A stretch of 32,000 nt of DNA from Coprobacillaceae bacterium. Its GTDB lineage: Bacteria; Bacillota_I; Bacilli_A; Erysipelotrichales; Coprobacillaceae. How positions within the stretch are numbered: position 1 is the first letter of the stretch; each line of letters starts with the position of its first letter. The notes beneath the pieces are model-generated. The model ran no database searches. It had not been told where the DNA came from and worked only from the letters and a program-made list of their open reading frames with translations. The position numbers and the translations under genes are program-made. Below are positions 23,615 through 32,000 of this stretch, in pieces. The stretch spans positions 1,350,001 through 1,382,000 of the forward strand of contig OY776328.1 of NCBI GenBank assembly GCA_963675515.1, in the 5' to 3' direction.

Positions 23615-25195
23615 ATGAGATTTAAGAAATTTATGGCAGTGGCTATGACGTTTGCAACGTCTTTATCGTTGGCAGCGTGTGCAAACAGTGGAGACTCTAC
23701 TGACACTGGTAGCACTGGTGGAGAGCCGGTACAATCTGAAGTATTAAAGGTAGGTTTAAACGCTGACCCACCAACACTTGATCCACTGATGTCGACTGGG
23801 GCGATTGTTCGTGACGTCACCAAGTACATTTTTGAAGGTTTGTTTGAAATGGATGAGAACTATGAACCGTCATTACAACTTTGTGAATCTTATGATGCAA
23901 ATGAAGATTATACCGAATTTACTTTCAAACTAAGAGAAGGTGTGTATTTCCATAATGGAGATGAACTGACCGCTGATGACGTTGTAGCATCATTAAATAG
24001 ATGGCTTGCAAAGAACAACGCGATCAAATCATTGATTACAAGTGGTGAACAATTTGTAAAGGTAGATGATTACACAGTAACAATCAGCCTGGAAAAACCA
24101 TGTTATACATTGCCTGCTGCAATGTGTGCGCCAGCGCAATTCGCGGCAATCATGCCTGAGGAAGTTGTTGACGCAGCTACTGAAGACAGTGGTATTTCGG
24201 AATATATCGGTACTGGACCAATGGAATTTGGTGAATGGGTACAGAACCAATATGTCCTGTTAGAAAAGAATGAAGAGTATGAAGGACCAGGATATGAACT
24301 TACTGGTGAAGCTGGAGACAAAACAATTTACTTTGATGAAGTATATATGTATTTTGTGACTGACGCGACTATGCGTACAGCAGGTATCCAATCTGGAGAA
24401 TACGATATCGTGAGCAACGTTAGTTATGATGATGTTGACATGCTAAGTGCGGATTCAAACGTAAAACTTGATAAATCCCTGATGGGTTATACTACAGTTA
24501 TCATGGATAAAGTGGAAGGAACTCTGGGAACAAACGAAACTTTAAGAGCTGCAATCACTTATGCTCTTGATGTTGATGAAATCATGAATGCCGCATATCC
24601 AACAGAAGGCTATGCAGAAGTATACGCTAGTATGATGCCAGAAGGAAGCAAATGGTATTCAGAAGTGGGAACTGAATCGGTTAACACTAAAGATATGGCT
24701 AAAGCAAAAGAACTATTGGCCGAATCAGGATATGACGGAACTCCTATCAAAGTAATCACTAACCAAGTTTATCCACAACATTACAACGGAACTCTTGTAA
24801 TGGTACAGCAATTAGAGGCATTAGGTCTTACGGTTGATCTGCAAGTAGTTGACTGGACAACAATGTTGGAATACAAGAAAACAAAGGGAACATATGATTT
24901 GTACTACATGGATTACCCTGCTGTCACAACACCAACATCTTTAAGAACTATCTCTCAGACAGATGAAGGGTGGACAGTATGGCCTGAATTCTTGGAACTT
25001 CTTGATAAAGTTACAGCTGCAAAAAGCGATGAGGAAGCTGTAGCCGCATGGGAAGCTTGTCAAGAATATGTACTTGGAAGATATTCTTATGTTCCAATGG
25101 GATATAGCTACTATTGCAACGCTACAAGTGCGGACATTGAAGGATACCATTCAATCAGCTGCCAAAGCATTTATGGAGCATATAAAGTATCATAA
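23615..25195 (+). CDS. ABC transporter substrate-binding lipoprotein, family 5 (Opp/Dpp/Nik type)
   Basis: Lipoprotein signal MRFKKFMAVAMTFATSLSLAAC (lipobox LAAC). 'LKVGLNADPPTLDPL' and an overall length of 526 aa are typical of SBP_bac_5. The start is moved to ATG 23615, with AAAGGAG upstream. Confidence 0.85.
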   Translation: MRFKKFMAVAMTFATSLSLAACANSGDSTDTGSTGGEPVQSEVLKVGLNADPPTLDPLMSTGAIVRDVTKYIFEGLFEMDENYEPSLQLCESYDANEDYTEFTFKLREGVYFHNGDELTADDVVASLNRWLAKNNAIKSLITSGEQFVKVDDYTVTISLEKPCYTLPAAMCAPAQFAAIMPEEVVDAATEDSGISEYIGTGPMEFGEWVQNQYVLLEKNEEYEGPGYELTGEAGDKTIYFDEVYMYFVTDATMRTAGIQSGEYDIVSNVSYDDVDMLSADSNVKLDKSLMGYTTVIMDKVEGTLGTNETLRAAITYALDVDEIMNAAYPTEGYAEVYASMMPEGSKWYSEVGTESVNTKDMAKAKELLAESGYDGTPIKVITNQVYPQHYNGTLVMVQQLEALGLTVDLQVVDWTTMLEYKKTKGTYDLYYMDYPAVTTPTSLRTISQTDEGWTVWPEFLELLDKVTAAKSDEEAVAAWEACQEYVLGRYSYVPMGYSYYCNATSADIEGYHSISCQSIYGAYKVS

Positions 25196-25213
25196 TTGAT
25201 TAGTGTGATTTTA

Positions 25214-25246
25214 TTGAGCTGCTATGTTGAACATATAGCAGCTCAA
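25214..25246 (+). promoter_or_regulatory. Intercistronic stem-loop between the binding-protein and permease genes
   Basis: Perfect 12-bp stem TTGAGCTGCTAT (25214-25225) / ATAGCAGCTCAA (25235-25246), 9-nt loop, no U-tract after it. Confidence 0.6.
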
Positions 25247-25274
25247 AACATATTAGATGGAGGTGCCAAAAGGT

Positions 25275-26228
25275 ATGGTAAGATTTATAATTAAAAGAAT
25301 TATTGGTGTACTAATAACATTGTTCATTTTGTCGCTGGCCATATTTGCAATTACGCATATCATGGCGGGTGATCCGGCACTAGCGATGCTAGGTTCGGAC
25401 GCATCCATGGAACAGGTGGAAGCGTTACGTGAGGAAATGGGATTGAATCTGCCACTTTTGACACAATACCAATCATGGGTTTTGGGTGCCTTAAGTGGAG
25501 ATTTGGGTGAATCTTATTTCAGACATCAGACAGTAATCGAGTCTTTAGCAGAACGTATCGGACCATCAGCAGAATTGGCGTTGCTATCTGAGACAATCGC
25601 ATTGGCTATTGGAATTCCTTTGGGAATATTGGCCGCTAAAAGAAAGGGAGAAACTGCGGACGTGCTGGCAAGTTCTACCGCTATTCTTGGAATGTCGATC
25701 CCTGCGTTTCTTTTGGGGCTGTTGTTCATCCTGGTATTCGGCGTCAATCTGGGAATACTTCCGGTATCCGGTTTTGTACCGATTGCTAAGGGAGGGTTTG
25801 TGAAGCACATATCCTACATGGTGATTCCCTGCGTTACGATGGGGCTGATACAGTCGGCTTTGATTACACGTATCACAAGATCGTCGTTTGCCGAAGTCAT
25901 GGGCAGTGATTATATCAAGACGGCTAAGGCGAAAGGCTTGAAACAAAAGGCTATTCTGTATAAGCATGTATTTAGAAATGCGGGAGCGTCAATTGCAACG
26001 ATTCTAGGACAAAGCTTCGGTTCGCTTATTGCCGGTGTTGCAGTGCTTGAAACGATGTTCAGCATTCCTGGAATGGGACAGCTGATTGTCGATTCGGTGT
26101 TGAAACGGGATTATCCGGTAATTCAAGGGGCAGTATTGTTTGCAAGTGTTTTGTATGTAATTATCAATCTTATAGTCGATGTTTCATATGGATTCATAGA
26201 TCCTCGTATCCGTATAACAAATAATTAG
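25275..26228 (+). CDS. ABC transporter permease (DppB/OppB-like)
   Basis: 'FIIKRIIGVLITLFILSLAIF' N-terminus and the EAA loop 'YIKTAKAKGLKQKAILYKHVFRNA'. The start ATG 25275 is preferred over 25257 because GGAGG lies at 25259-25263. Confidence 0.85.
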   Translation: MVRFIIKRIIGVLITLFILSLAIFAITHIMAGDPALAMLGSDASMEQVEALREEMGLNLPLLTQYQSWVLGALSGDLGESYFRHQTVIESLAERIGPSAELALLSETIALAIGIPLGILAAKRKGETADVLASSTAILGMSIPAFLLGLLFILVFGVNLGILPVSGFVPIAKGGFVKHISYMVIPCVTMGLIQSALITRITRSSFAEVMGSDYIKTAKAKGLKQKAILYKHVFRNAGASIATILGQSFGSLIAGVAVLETMFSIPGMGQLIVDSVLKRDYPVIQGAVLFASVLYVIINLIVDVSYGFIDPRIRITNN

Positions 26229-26244
26229 AAAGGAAGAAATAGTA

Positions 26245-27123
26245 ATGAATATGGTGAATGATCTAGACACTCTAAAGGTGGCAAAACTCGCTATCAAGGA
26301 AAATAGAAGAATTAGGATGCTTTCCTTTCTAAAAAATAAGATGGCAGTAACTGGTTTCGTTATTATGCTTGTAATGATTATAGCTGGATTGCTGGCCCCG
26401 ATTTTGTTCCCGGAAGGACCAATATTGATGAACAATGCCGACCGATTCCTGGAACCTTCATTGCAACACTTGTTTGGTACAGATGAATTCGGCAGGGATA
26501 TCCTCAACAGACTGTTGTACGGTATCAGGATTTCATTTTATATCGGTGGAATTACCGCGCTGATTACGTTTGTTTTTGGAATGATTTTTGGATTGCTGGC
26601 GGGATATTTCTCTTTCCTTGATAATGTGATTATGAGAATCAGTGAAGGAATGATGTCAATTCCCCCGGTTCTACTTGGAATAGCATTGATGTCGGCATTG
26701 GGCGGCAGCGCTCGAAACGTAATAATCGCATTAAGTATTGTATATGTTCCAGTCGTGGCCCGCGTGGCTAGGGCATCCACGTTATCTGTCAAAGAGATGA
26801 CATATATTGAAGCAATCAAATCACAGGGAGCTGGTCCCATTAGAATCATATTTGGCCATATCGCGCCCAATATTCTTTCACCGGTAATTGTGCAGGCAAC
26901 AAACATATTCGCGACCACAATCATTCTGGAAGCGTCATTGAGCTTTTTGGGAGCCGGAATACCAGCGCCCGAACCGAGTTTGGGAAATATATTAAGTGAA
27001 GCAAAACAGTACGTTTTCAAATCCTGGTGGTTAACACTGTTTCCAAGTATTGTAATGATATTTATGGTAATGGGAATCAATATACTCGGTGACGGTATCC
27101 GGGACGTTCTGGATCCTTCGTAA
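26245..27123 (+). CDS. ABC transporter permease (DppC/OppC-like)
   Basis: 'HLFGTDEFGRDILNRLLYG' and the EAA loop 'YIEAIKSQGAGPIRIIFGHIAPNILSP'. SD AAAGGAAG. Confidence 0.85.
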   Translation: MNMVNDLDTLKVAKLAIKENRRIRMLSFLKNKMAVTGFVIMLVMIIAGLLAPILFPEGPILMNNADRFLEPSLQHLFGTDEFGRDILNRLLYGIRISFYIGGITALITFVFGMIFGLLAGYFSFLDNVIMRISEGMMSIPPVLLGIALMSALGGSARNVIIALSIVYVPVVARVARASTLSVKEMTYIEAIKSQGAGPIRIIFGHIAPNILSPVIVQATNIFATTIILEASLSFLGAGIPAPEPSLGNILSEAKQYVFKSWWLTLFPSIVMIFMVMGINILGDGIRDVLDPS

Positions 27124-27150
27124 AAATATGTAAAGAGGAAGGTGATTGCA

Positions 27151-28134
27151 GTGGAAGCAACAAACGATATTTTATTGCAGGTTAATAATTTGAAAACAAC
27201 ATTTACTACATTGCGCGGAAAGGTGGTTGCCGTGGATGGGGTGAGTTTCACAATAAATAAGGGCGAAATCGTAGGTATAGTTGGCGAGTCCGGTTGTGGA
27301 AAAAGCGTTACAAGCCAATCCATCATGAGACTATATGACGAGAAAAAGCTTGTAAAATATGACGGTGAGATTATCTTTGATGGAAAAAATCTCCTTGATT
27401 TGAAAGAATCGGAGATGGAGAGTATCCGTGGAAATAATATCTCCATGATATTTCAAGATTCTCTAAGTTCTTTGAATCCGGTATTCAAAGTTGGTTACCA
27501 GATCGCTGAAGCATTGATCGTCCATCAAGGGATGAGCAAGAAAGATGCATGGAAAAAGGCGGAAGAAATGCTTCGTGTTACAGGGATTCCGGCCCCGGAG
27601 AAAAGAATCCACAATTATCCCCATGAGATGAGTGGGGGTATGAGACAGCGTGCCATGATTGCAATGGCTCTGGCTTGTAAACCAAAACTTCTGATTGCGG
27701 ATGAACCGACAACTGCTTTGGATGTTACGATCCAGGCGCAGATAATGCAGCTGATAAAGAATCTGAATAAGGAACTGGACACTGGAATCATGCTGATCAC
27801 CCACGATTTAGGTGTGGTTGCCCAGACATGTAAAAAAGTCATAATCATGTATCTGGGACAAATTGTGGAAGAAGGCCTGGTGGAAGATATTTTTGACAGA
27901 CCGCAACATCCATATACGATGGGGCTCATCAAATCAATTCCCACATTAAAAACAGACAAGAATGAAAAACTGTATACCATCAAGGGAACAGTTCCGGCAC
28001 TGACGGAAATCGGTGAAGGGTGCAGATTTTATGAAAGATGCCCGCATGCAATGGATAAATGCAAAATGCGAGCGATTGAACTTACCAGGGTCAATGAGAC
28101 TCAAAGAGTCCGTTGCGTTTTAAGAGAAACCTGA
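27151..28134 (+). CDS. ABC transporter ATP-binding protein (DppD/OppD-like) with a Cys-rich C-terminal domain
   Basis: Walker A 'GESGCGKS', signature 'MSGGMRQR', Walker B 'LLIADEPTTALD', 'HPYT' oligo_HPY region. GTG 27151 is preferred (AGAGGAAGG 8 nt upstream). The track start 27142 is an alternative. Confidence 0.85.
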   Translation: MEATNDILLQVNNLKTTFTTLRGKVVAVDGVSFTINKGEIVGIVGESGCGKSVTSQSIMRLYDEKKLVKYDGEIIFDGKNLLDLKESEMESIRGNNISMIFQDSLSSLNPVFKVGYQIAEALIVHQGMSKKDAWKKAEEMLRVTGIPAPEKRIHNYPHEMSGGMRQRAMIAMALACKPKLLIADEPTTALDVTIQAQIMQLIKNLNKELDTGIMLITHDLGVVAQTCKKVIIMYLGQIVEEGLVEDIFDRPQHPYTMGLIKSIPTLKTDKNEKLYTIKGTVPALTEIGEGCRFYERCPHAMDKCKMRAIELTRVNETQRVRCVLRET

Positions 28135-28154
28135 TGGAAGGCGAGGGAATATTC

Positions 28155-29177
28155 ATGGAAGCAAAAGAATCAAGAGAAATTATATTGGATGTTAGAAATC
28201 TGACAAAAGAGTTCCCTGTAAAAGGTGGATTTAGAAAAGATGCCAAAAGTGTCAAAGCTGTTACAGATGTATCATTCAAAGTTTACAAGAATGAAACATA
28301 CAGCCTGGTAGGAGAATCAGGCTGTGGTAAAAGTACGACAGGCCGGGCCGTGTTGCGACTGCTGGAACCTACCAGCGGCGAAGTCATTTACCAAGGAGAA
28401 GATCTGGTAAAACTTCCCAAAAGTGAGATGAAGAAAAGACGCACAAATTTACAGATGGTGTTCCAGGACCCTTACTCTTCGCTAAATCCAAGAAAGACGA
28501 TTGGAGCCATTGTCGAAGAGGCTATGAAAATCAATCATATCGGTTCATCCCATGCTGAACGCACCCAAAAGGCAATGGAAATGCTGACAAAAGTCGGTAT
28601 CCGCGGCGACCAGTATTTCCGCTATCCCCATGAATTTTCAGGTGGACAAAAACAAAGGATCGGGATTGCAAGAGTGCTTGTATTGAATCCGGAAATCATC
28701 ATCTGCGACGAACCGGTTTCGGCTCTTGATGTTTCGGTACAGTCCCAGGTATTGAATTTGTTGAATGATCTGAAAAAAGAGATGAACATTTCCTACTTGT
28801 TCATTTCCCATGATATGAGCGTTGTAAGATATATCTCGGATCGCATCGGAGTCATGTATCTTGGTTCCATTGTGGAAGAGGCTGAAACTGAAGAACTGTT
28901 TTCTAATCCATTGCATCCATATACAAAAGCATTGTTATCGGCGGTTCCCGAAGCGGATCCACATGTCAACACGCAAAGGATAGAACTGATCGGAGAAATA
29001 CCATCACCCATGAATCCGCCAAGTGGATGTAAATTCCATAACCGCTGCCCTTATGCAAAAGAAGAATGTTCGCTAAGGGTGCCGATAAGAAAAGAGATCT
29101 CGGAAGGGCACTTCGTTTCATGCCGCATGTATGATGGAAACAGGGAAGATTACTGGGAAATTAATGAAGGTTTTTGA
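28155..29177 (+). CDS. ABC transporter ATP-binding protein (DppF/OppF-like) with a Cys-rich C-terminal domain
   Basis: Walker A 'GESGCGKST', signature 'FSGGQKQR', Walker B 'IIICDEPVSALD', 'HPYT'. ATG 28155 has GAGGG 7 nt upstream. ATG 28134, which overlaps the previous stop, is an alternative. Confidence 0.85.
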   Translation: MEAKESREIILDVRNLTKEFPVKGGFRKDAKSVKAVTDVSFKVYKNETYSLVGESGCGKSTTGRAVLRLLEPTSGEVIYQGEDLVKLPKSEMKKRRTNLQMVFQDPYSSLNPRKTIGAIVEEAMKINHIGSSHAERTQKAMEMLTKVGIRGDQYFRYPHEFSGGQKQRIGIARVLVLNPEIIICDEPVSALDVSVQSQVLNLLNDLKKEMNISYLFISHDMSVVRYISDRIGVMYLGSIVEEAETEELFSNPLHPYTKALLSAVPEADPHVNTQRIELIGEIPSPMNPPSGCKFHNRCPYAKEECSLRVPIRKEISEGHFVSCRMYDGNREDYWEINEGF

Positions 29178-29542
29178 TCCTGCTGATCTGATCGGCTCTG
29201 GTAGTGGTTGATAGACATTTTCATTTATTATGTTTTGTACACTATGGTTGGATAAGGCAAAAATAGATGGAAATGGCCACCTGGCCATAGTCCGGCATAA
29301 TCATGAATTGAAGTTGGCTGTATTGTCGGACTCATTAGCGGTTTTTTTTAAGGGCTATCAGGATATGATATCTTCCAGCACTGGTTCTCCCTTTTTGGAT
29401 AATTCAAAGAATGACTGGTCAATATGAAACATGGCTGACGATGGTCAAACTTCTTTAAAAGGCTATGTTTGGCTCATATGGGTGCAAATGGTCTACAAAT
29501 TTAATGGATGTTAAAATATTATTTGAAAGATGGTGTGTCAAA

Positions 29543-31186
29543 ATGCACGACAAAATATTTGCGGATGTGGCATTTATTAATGCAAAGGTAATAACAGTTT
29601 CCAATGAAGACGAAATGGCGCAAGCCGTCTGCACAAATGGAAGTAAAATATTGTACGTCGGCAGCAACAAAGGCGCTGCGCAGTATATCTCAAAAGAAAC
29701 AAAAGTCATAGATGCGACCGGGAAAACGGTGATGCCGGGGATTATCGATGCCCATATCCATTTTGTCATGTATGGGTTGCTTGACCATGGAATTATCAAT
29801 GTGGATTATAAACATGTGAATTCAATTCATGATATTTTAATGTTGATTAAAGAGGAAACAACAAGAAGAAAACCAGGTGAATGGATTGTTCTATCGGGAT
29901 ACGACCACAACAAATTGGAGGAAAAGCGACATCCGTTAAAAGAAGAGCTTGATGAGGTGGCGCCTGATAATCCGGTCCAGTGTATCCGGTGCTGTGCGCA
30001 TATGGGTGTTTATAATTCTTGTGCATTGGACATTGGCAACATTGCATCTATGGATCAGTTCGCTTCAGGCGAGGTTGTGGTAGATGAAAAAGGGAATCCG
30101 GTCGGGCTTTTAAAGGAAACTGCGCATATGAGTCTAAGCAAGCTGGTTTTGGTTCCTGATGACGTGTTGATGAAGGGGATTCAAAATGCGAATGCGATAA
30201 TGCTCGAAAATGGCATAACTTCAGTTCACGATGCTGGAAGCTATGGAAAGACAGCGATGCGGCTGTTGCAAAAAGCAAGCAAGGAGAAAAAAATCCAGGT
30301 TAAAGTCCGCCCGATGATATTTGATATGTATGGCAAGGAATCAAACATCGGTCTAATTGAAGATTACTTAAGAATGGGAATTCACACAAACTTCGGGGAT
30401 GACCATTTTAATCTCGGTCCCATTAAAATAATGATGGATGGAAGCACAAGCGGTCCATCATGCGCAACAATCGAGCCATATTCCCATGACGAGAATTTAA
30501 GAGGTATCCAGGTGTGGCAGCAGGAGGAAACGGATGTGGTTGTGTCCAAAGCCCATCACTGCGGTTTTCAAATGTCGGCTCATGCAGTAGGTGACAAGGC
30601 TGTGACCGTCTTGCTCAACAGTTACGAAAAAGTATTAAAGGAGCAACCTAGAGATAATCACCGTCATCGGATTGAACATTGTGCGCTGACCAATGAATCA
30701 ATACTTCAAAGGGTTAAGGATTATTCGATTGTTCCGGTATCCAACCCTGCATTTATTTCTCTCAATGCTCCCGATTACAACAGATTCTATGGCAATCGGG
30801 TTAAACACATGTTTCCATTGAAGGATTATCTTGAAAGAGGAATCGTCACCGCTATTGGGTCCGATGCACCAGTTACGGAAGCCAATCCCATGTTCAGTTT
30901 GTTTGGAGCAGTTAACCGCTGTGACGTCAAAACAAGGGAATTATGCGGAGAAAACCAGAAAGTCAGTGTTTTGGATGTCGTAAGAATGCTGACATATAAC
31001 GGAGCATACGCGGCATTCGAAGAAGATATCAAAGGCAGTCTTGAACCGGGAAAAATGGCGGACATTGTCATGCTTTCAAAAGATATTCTGGAATATCCCA
31101 AGGAAGATCTGATGAAGGTGAAAGTAATGCTGACAATGGCAGATGGTCAAATAGTTTATGAAAGTAGAAATTTAAGAGGTAAATAG
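29543..31186 (+). CDS. Amidohydrolase_3-type metal-dependent hydrolase (YtcJ-like)
   Basis: 'KTVMPGIIDAHIHF' (HxH metal site), 'HAVGDKAV', 'HRIEHC' and 'GSDAPV' are the TIM-barrel amidohydrolase ligand blocks. The start is moved to ATG 29543 ('MHDKIFADVAFINAKVITV'). Confidence 0.8.
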   Translation: MHDKIFADVAFINAKVITVSNEDEMAQAVCTNGSKILYVGSNKGAAQYISKETKVIDATGKTVMPGIIDAHIHFVMYGLLDHGIINVDYKHVNSIHDILMLIKEETTRRKPGEWIVLSGYDHNKLEEKRHPLKEELDEVAPDNPVQCIRCCAHMGVYNSCALDIGNIASMDQFASGEVVVDEKGNPVGLLKETAHMSLSKLVLVPDDVLMKGIQNANAIMLENGITSVHDAGSYGKTAMRLLQKASKEKKIQVKVRPMIFDMYGKESNIGLIEDYLRMGIHTNFGDDHFNLGPIKIMMDGSTSGPSCATIEPYSHDENLRGIQVWQQEETDVVVSKAHHCGFQMSAHAVGDKAVTVLLNSYEKVLKEQPRDNHRHRIEHCALTNESILQRVKDYSIVPVSNPAFISLNAPDYNRFYGNRVKHMFPLKDYLERGIVTAIGSDAPVTEANPMFSLFGAVNRCDVKTRELCGENQKVSVLDVVRMLTYNGAYAAFEEDIKGSLEPGKMADIVMLSKDILEYPKEDLMKVKVMLTMADGQIVYESRNLRGK

Positions 31187-32000
31187 ATGGAACTACCAAT
31201 CATTGAAGTGGAAGGTAATCCGCACAATATAGGATTTATGCATGGAAGCCTTGCAAAAGAGCAGATCGGTATCAACATTGAAATGTACAAAGCGATGTTC
31301 ATGGAATATGCGAATATATCATGGGAAGATGCAAAAAAGATCGCCAGGAGTTTTGAAAAATCAATCAACGACTTCAACCCCAAATTCATTCAAGAGATTC
31401 AGGGAATAGCTGAGGGCTCTGGATATGAATATGAAGAAATACTGGCGCTTAACGTAAGGAGTGAGCTGGTATTTCAGGGAACAAGTTTGACGATGGATGG
31501 CTGCACGTCATTGGCGATCACAGCCGACAGGACAGAAAACAATAAGAATTACATTGGTCAAAACTGGGACTGGAAGGTAAAAGTATCGGGCGGTGTGATT
31601 CTTTTGAAAATCAAACAGGACAATTTGCCGGATATTGCAACAATGACCGAAGCCGGGATTGTCGGTAAAATCGGCTGCAATTCGGCTGGAATCGGGCTGT
31701 GTTTCAATGCATTATCCATCAATGCGACACCTTATGGCGTTCCAATTCATATCGTCCTCCGGGCCATTTTGGAACAGGATGACTTCCTGAAAGCGATGAC
31801 GGTGGTATCTGGTACGCGAATCGGATGTCCGGCGAACATCATGATTGCCAGCAAATACGGGGAAGCGATCGATTTTGAAGTGGGCATCGATGATTTTGAC
31901 GCCATATATCCTACAGACGGAGTACTTACCCATACAAATCATTATAAGAGCATGAGAGTGCCAAAGTACAATCAAAATGACATTGCCAAATACAAGTTCC
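31187..32000 (+). CDS. Peptidase C45 / acyl-CoA:6-aminopenicillanic-acid acyltransferase-like Ntn hydrolase (3' end outside the window)
   Basis: Not in the ORF track because no stop falls in the window. Manual translation starts MELPIIEVEGNPHNIGFMHG... and contains 'LTMDG|CTSLAI' (Gly105-Cys106) and 'GQNWDW'. The ATG directly follows the amidohydrolase TAG. SD AAGAGG at 31174-31179. Confidence 0.75.
   Translation, partial: MELPIIEVEGNPHNIGFMHGSLAKEQIGINIEMYKAMFMEYANISWEDAKKIARSFEKSINDFNPKFIQEIQGIAEGSGYEYEEILALNVRSELVFQGTSLTMDGCTSLAITADRTENNKNYIGQNWDWKVKVSGGVILLKIKQDNLPDIATMTEAGIVGKIGCNSAGIGLCFNALSINATPYGVPIHIVLRAILEQDDFLKAMTVVSGTRIGCPANIMIASKYGEAIDFEVGIDDFDAIYPTDGVLTHTNHYKSMRVPKYNQNDIAKYKF

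Noticed and set aside
26538-27446. 302-aa ORF on the minus strand
   Set aside because: It lies entirely antisense to the two well-supported ABC genes (permease and ATPase) and has no RBS. Its Ser/Ile/Pro-rich low-complexity translation is typical of a shadow ORF.
29230-29427. 65-aa ORF in the 365-bp spacer
   Set aside because: There is no RBS upstream and no motif. It is kept only as part of the note about the unexplained spacer.

Overview
This 32-kb window looks like a low-GC Gram-positive (Bacillota-like) chromosome. All family calls come from reading motifs in the translations, since no searches could be run.

Gene order, left to right:
- 3' end of murI, an unlisted YjzC-like small ORF, a YczE-type membrane protein and an orphan type IV pilin-like gene.
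- An accessory, IS-scarred patch (2.7-9.1 kb). It holds an IS1634-family element flanked by a perfect 277-bp direct duplication of the 3' end of a merR-family gene. It also holds gene debris, an apparently intact IS200/IS605 element (tnpA+tnpB) that truncates a VOC/glyoxalase-like gene, and an HTH-Fic fusion protein.
- A divergent RpiR-linked catabolic cluster (9.2-16.2 kb): ceramidase-like amidase and RpiR on the minus strand; orphan cellobiose-type PTS EIIC, YdjC deacetylase, DUF1446 (AtuA-like), a small DUF4387-like protein and a 3-hydroxyacyl-CoA-dehydrogenase-family enzyme on the plus strand.
- A secreted SGNH/GDSL hydrolase.
- A minimal ethanolamine locus, eutA plus a single-polypeptide EutB-EutC fusion, behind a repeat-rich ~600-bp leader.
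- An IS256-family element with an 8-bp target duplication.
- An Opp/Dpp-type ABC importer operon followed by an Amidohydrolase_3 enzyme and a C45 (Ntn, Gly-Cys self-processing) acyltransferase/hydrolase that runs off the window.

No rRNA, tRNA or CRISPR array was seen.

The best candidates for undescribed biology are the PTS/YdjC/ceramidase-like/DUF1446/DUF4387/dehydrogenase operon, the fused EutBC lyase in a microcompartment-free locus, the HTH-Fic gene next to the TnpB element, and the ABC + amidohydrolase + C45 module.
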